Shown here: positions 39,126 to 40,720 of the stretch, piece by piece
Layout: every line of letters begins with the position of its first letter
Numbering within the stretch: position 1 is the stretch's first letter
From: Saprospiraceae bacterium
Lineage (GTDB): Bacteria; Bacteroidota; Bacteroidia; Chitinophagales; Saprospiraceae
Direction of reading: 5' to 3'
DNA: 40,720 bases
Assembly: GCA_043748865.1 (NCBI GenBank)
Contig: JAYTNA010000065.1
Span: forward strand, 1 to 40,720
Translations under genes and position numbers: made by a program
Notes under the pieces: generated by a model
Seen by the model: only the letters and a program-made list of their open reading frames with translations
The model's database searches: none
Told to the model about the DNA's origin: nothing

Positions 39126-39545
39126 ATGGCACTCGGCGGTCGCGCTGCCGAAGAAGTTATTTTCGGAAAAGTTTCTACGGGTGCACAAAGTGATTTAGAT
39201 AATATTACGCGCATTGCTTACAGCATGGTTGCGGTATATGGTATGAACGATAAAGTCGGCAACGTGTCGTATTACGGTATGTCGCAAGAAGGTTATAATC
39301 GGCCTTACTCGGATGTCACTGCTGCGATAATGGATAAAGAAGTACGCGAAATTATTGATATTCAATTCATTCGCGCCAAACAATTGCTTACTGAACGTCG
39401 GTTCGAATTAGAAACGCTTGCGGAACATTTGCTTGAAAAAGAAGTACTTGTGAAATCTGATGTAGAAAGACTGATAGGTAAGCGTCCGTTTGCGGAAAGT
39501 GAAAATGCGAGAATTGCGCACAGTGGATTTGAATCGCGGTCGTGA
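39126..39545 (+). CDS. ftsH: FtsH C-terminal fragment, same reading frame as the preceding ORF
   Basis: (IC)MALGGRAAEEVIFGKVSTGAQSDLDNITRIAYSMV is the conserved M41 protease segment that normally follows directly after the sequence preceding the TGA. 39126 and 37548 are in the same frame. Confidence 0.85.
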   Translation: MALGGRAAEEVIFGKVSTGAQSDLDNITRIAYSMVAVYGMNDKVGNVSYYGMSQEGYNRPYSDVTAAIMDKEVREIIDIQFIRAKQLLTERRFELETLAEHLLEKEVLVKSDVERLIGKRPFAESENARIAHSGFESRS

Positions 39546-39616
39546 TTTAGAAAGGATTAAGTTTAAAATCTAAAGTGCCAAAGTAGAATTACGGAATGAG
39601 AAACAAATAAATAAAA

Positions 39617-39657
39617 AATCGCACAGACAAATTAATTTATCTGTGTGATTTTTTTTA
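39617..39657 (+). terminator. Rho-independent terminator after ftsH
   Basis: Stem aatcgcacaga / tctgtgtgatt (one G-T pair) with a 12-nt loop, followed by a T-run of 8. Confidence 0.75.
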
Positions 39658-39749
39658 TGATTAAAGCACATCACTTGATCTGGCATCATTTCAAACAAAA
39701 AAAAATTAAAAAAAACAAACAAAAATTTTTTTATTCCAAACAAATGTTT

Positions 39750-39757
39750 TATTTTTG
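39750..39757 (+). promoter_or_regulatory. Candidate Bacteroidetes -7 box for recA
   Basis: TATTTTTG matches TAnnTTTG, 47 nt upstream of the recA ATG. No convincing -33 TTTG was seen. Confidence 0.3.
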
Positions 39758-39803
39758 TACAGTTTTTGAAACAATTAGTAAATAATAAAATAGAATTAAG
39801 ACA

Positions 39804-40720
39804 ATGGCGAACGAAAAAGATGCGAAAATGAAAATGCTACAAGTGGCAATTGACCGCTTGGACAAAACTTTTGGAAAAGGTACAGTCATGCGCCTCGGCG
39901 AAAAACAAGTTGAACACATTGAAACAATCCCGTCCGGTTCTATCGGCTTAGATATTGCTTTGGGCTGCGGTGGTTTTCCTAAAGGCAGGATTATTGAAAT
40001 ATACGGACCTGAATCATCGGGTAAAACAACACTTGCTATTCATGCCGTTGCAGAATGTCAAAAACAAGGCGGTATTGCTGCTATTGTTGACGCAGAACAC
40101 GCTTTCGATCGTTTTTACGCGCAACAACTCGGCGTTGACGTGGATAATCTTTTGATTTCTCAACCTGATAATGGAGAACAAGCACTCGAAATTGCCGAAA
40201 ATTTAATCCGTTCCGGTGCGGTTGATATTATTGTCATTGACTCGGTTGCTGCACTTACTCCAAAAGCCGAAATTGAGGGCGAAATGGGTGAATCTAAAAT
40301 GGGTTTGCATGCGCGTTTAATGTCGCAAGCTTTACGAAAACTCACAGCAGCTATCGGCAGAACAAATTGTTGCGTTATTTTTATCAATCAATTGCGCGAA
40401 AAAATCGGCGTGATGTTCGGTAATCCGGAAACAACTACGGGCGGTAATGCTTTGAAATTTTATGCTTCCGTGCGTCTCGATATTCGTAAATCCGGACAAG
40501 CGGTTAAAGATAAAGATGGTACGCTCACGGCTAATCACGTAAAAGTAAAAGTCGTAAAAAATAAATTAGCACCGCCTTTCCGCACAGCTGAATTTGATTT
40601 GGTTTACGGTACCGGTATTTCTAAATCGGGTGAAATTATTGATTTGGGTACGACACTCGAAGTAATTCAAAAATCCGGTTCATGGTACAGTTATAAAGGC
40701 ACTAAAATTGCTCAAGGTCG
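39804..40720 (+). CDS. recA: Recombinase RecA, 3' partial (runs off the window); not in the supplied ORF track
   Basis: Hand translation from the ATG at 39804 gives [33 protein letters not shown]..., [11 protein letters not shown] (Walker A), [55 protein letters not shown]. No stop before nt 40720. Confidence 0.97.
   Translation, partial: MANEKDAKMKMLQVAIDRLDKTFGKGTVMRLGEKQVEHIETIPSGSIGLDIALGCGGFPKGRIIEIYGPESSGKTTLAIHAVAECQKQGGIAAIVDAEHAFDRFYAQQLGVDVDNLLISQPDNGEQALEIAENLIRSGAVDIIVIDSVAALTPKAEIEGEMGESKMGLHARLMSQALRKLTAAIGRTNCCVIFINQLREKIGVMFGNPETTTGGNALKFYASVRLDIRKSGQAVKDKDGTLTANHVKVKVVKNKLAPPFRTAEFDLVYGTGISKSGEIIDLGTTLEVIQKSGSWYSYKGTKIAQG

Overview
AT-rich chromosomal segment, most likely from a member of Bacteroidota. 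Support: an adjacent SusC/SusD pair, many lipoprotein signal peptides, TAnnTTTG-type -7 boxes and little Shine-Dalgarno signal. Standard genetic code: TGA, TAA and TAG all terminate well-conserved genes. Most genes are housekeeping or metabolic: folC (5' partial), topA, a glucosaminidase, a BadF-type sugar kinase, pfkA, a zinc alcohol dehydrogenase, mvaD, can, an MBL hydrolase, recN, two DinB-like proteins, uxuA, an HSD10-like SDR, a GT2, leuC, leuA, ftsH, and recA (3' partial, absent from the ORF track). There is also a TolB-like/SusC/SusD/VCBS-ASPIC surface locus. Four things stand out. (1) A compact, visibly more AT-rich two-gene cassette sits between folC and topA: an SMC/RecF-like ABC ATPase plus a DUF4276 protein with an N-terminal VEGQTEE motif. 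Its split OLD-like layout resembles PARIS, AbiL and Gabija and is my best candidate for an uncharacterised defence system. (2) A pervasive family of hairpins is built from tandem 7-nt words. They resemble cyanobacterial STRR repeats. They sit at gene ends and directly against start codons, and are also found in frame inside two coding sequences, in two cases flanked by short direct repeats. (3) ftsH is interrupted by one in-frame TGA at a conserved position. (4) Extreme A/T-tract repeat blocks lie upstream of topA and in the fic/DUF418 intergenic region. I saw no tRNA, rRNA, CRISPR array, transposase or integrase.
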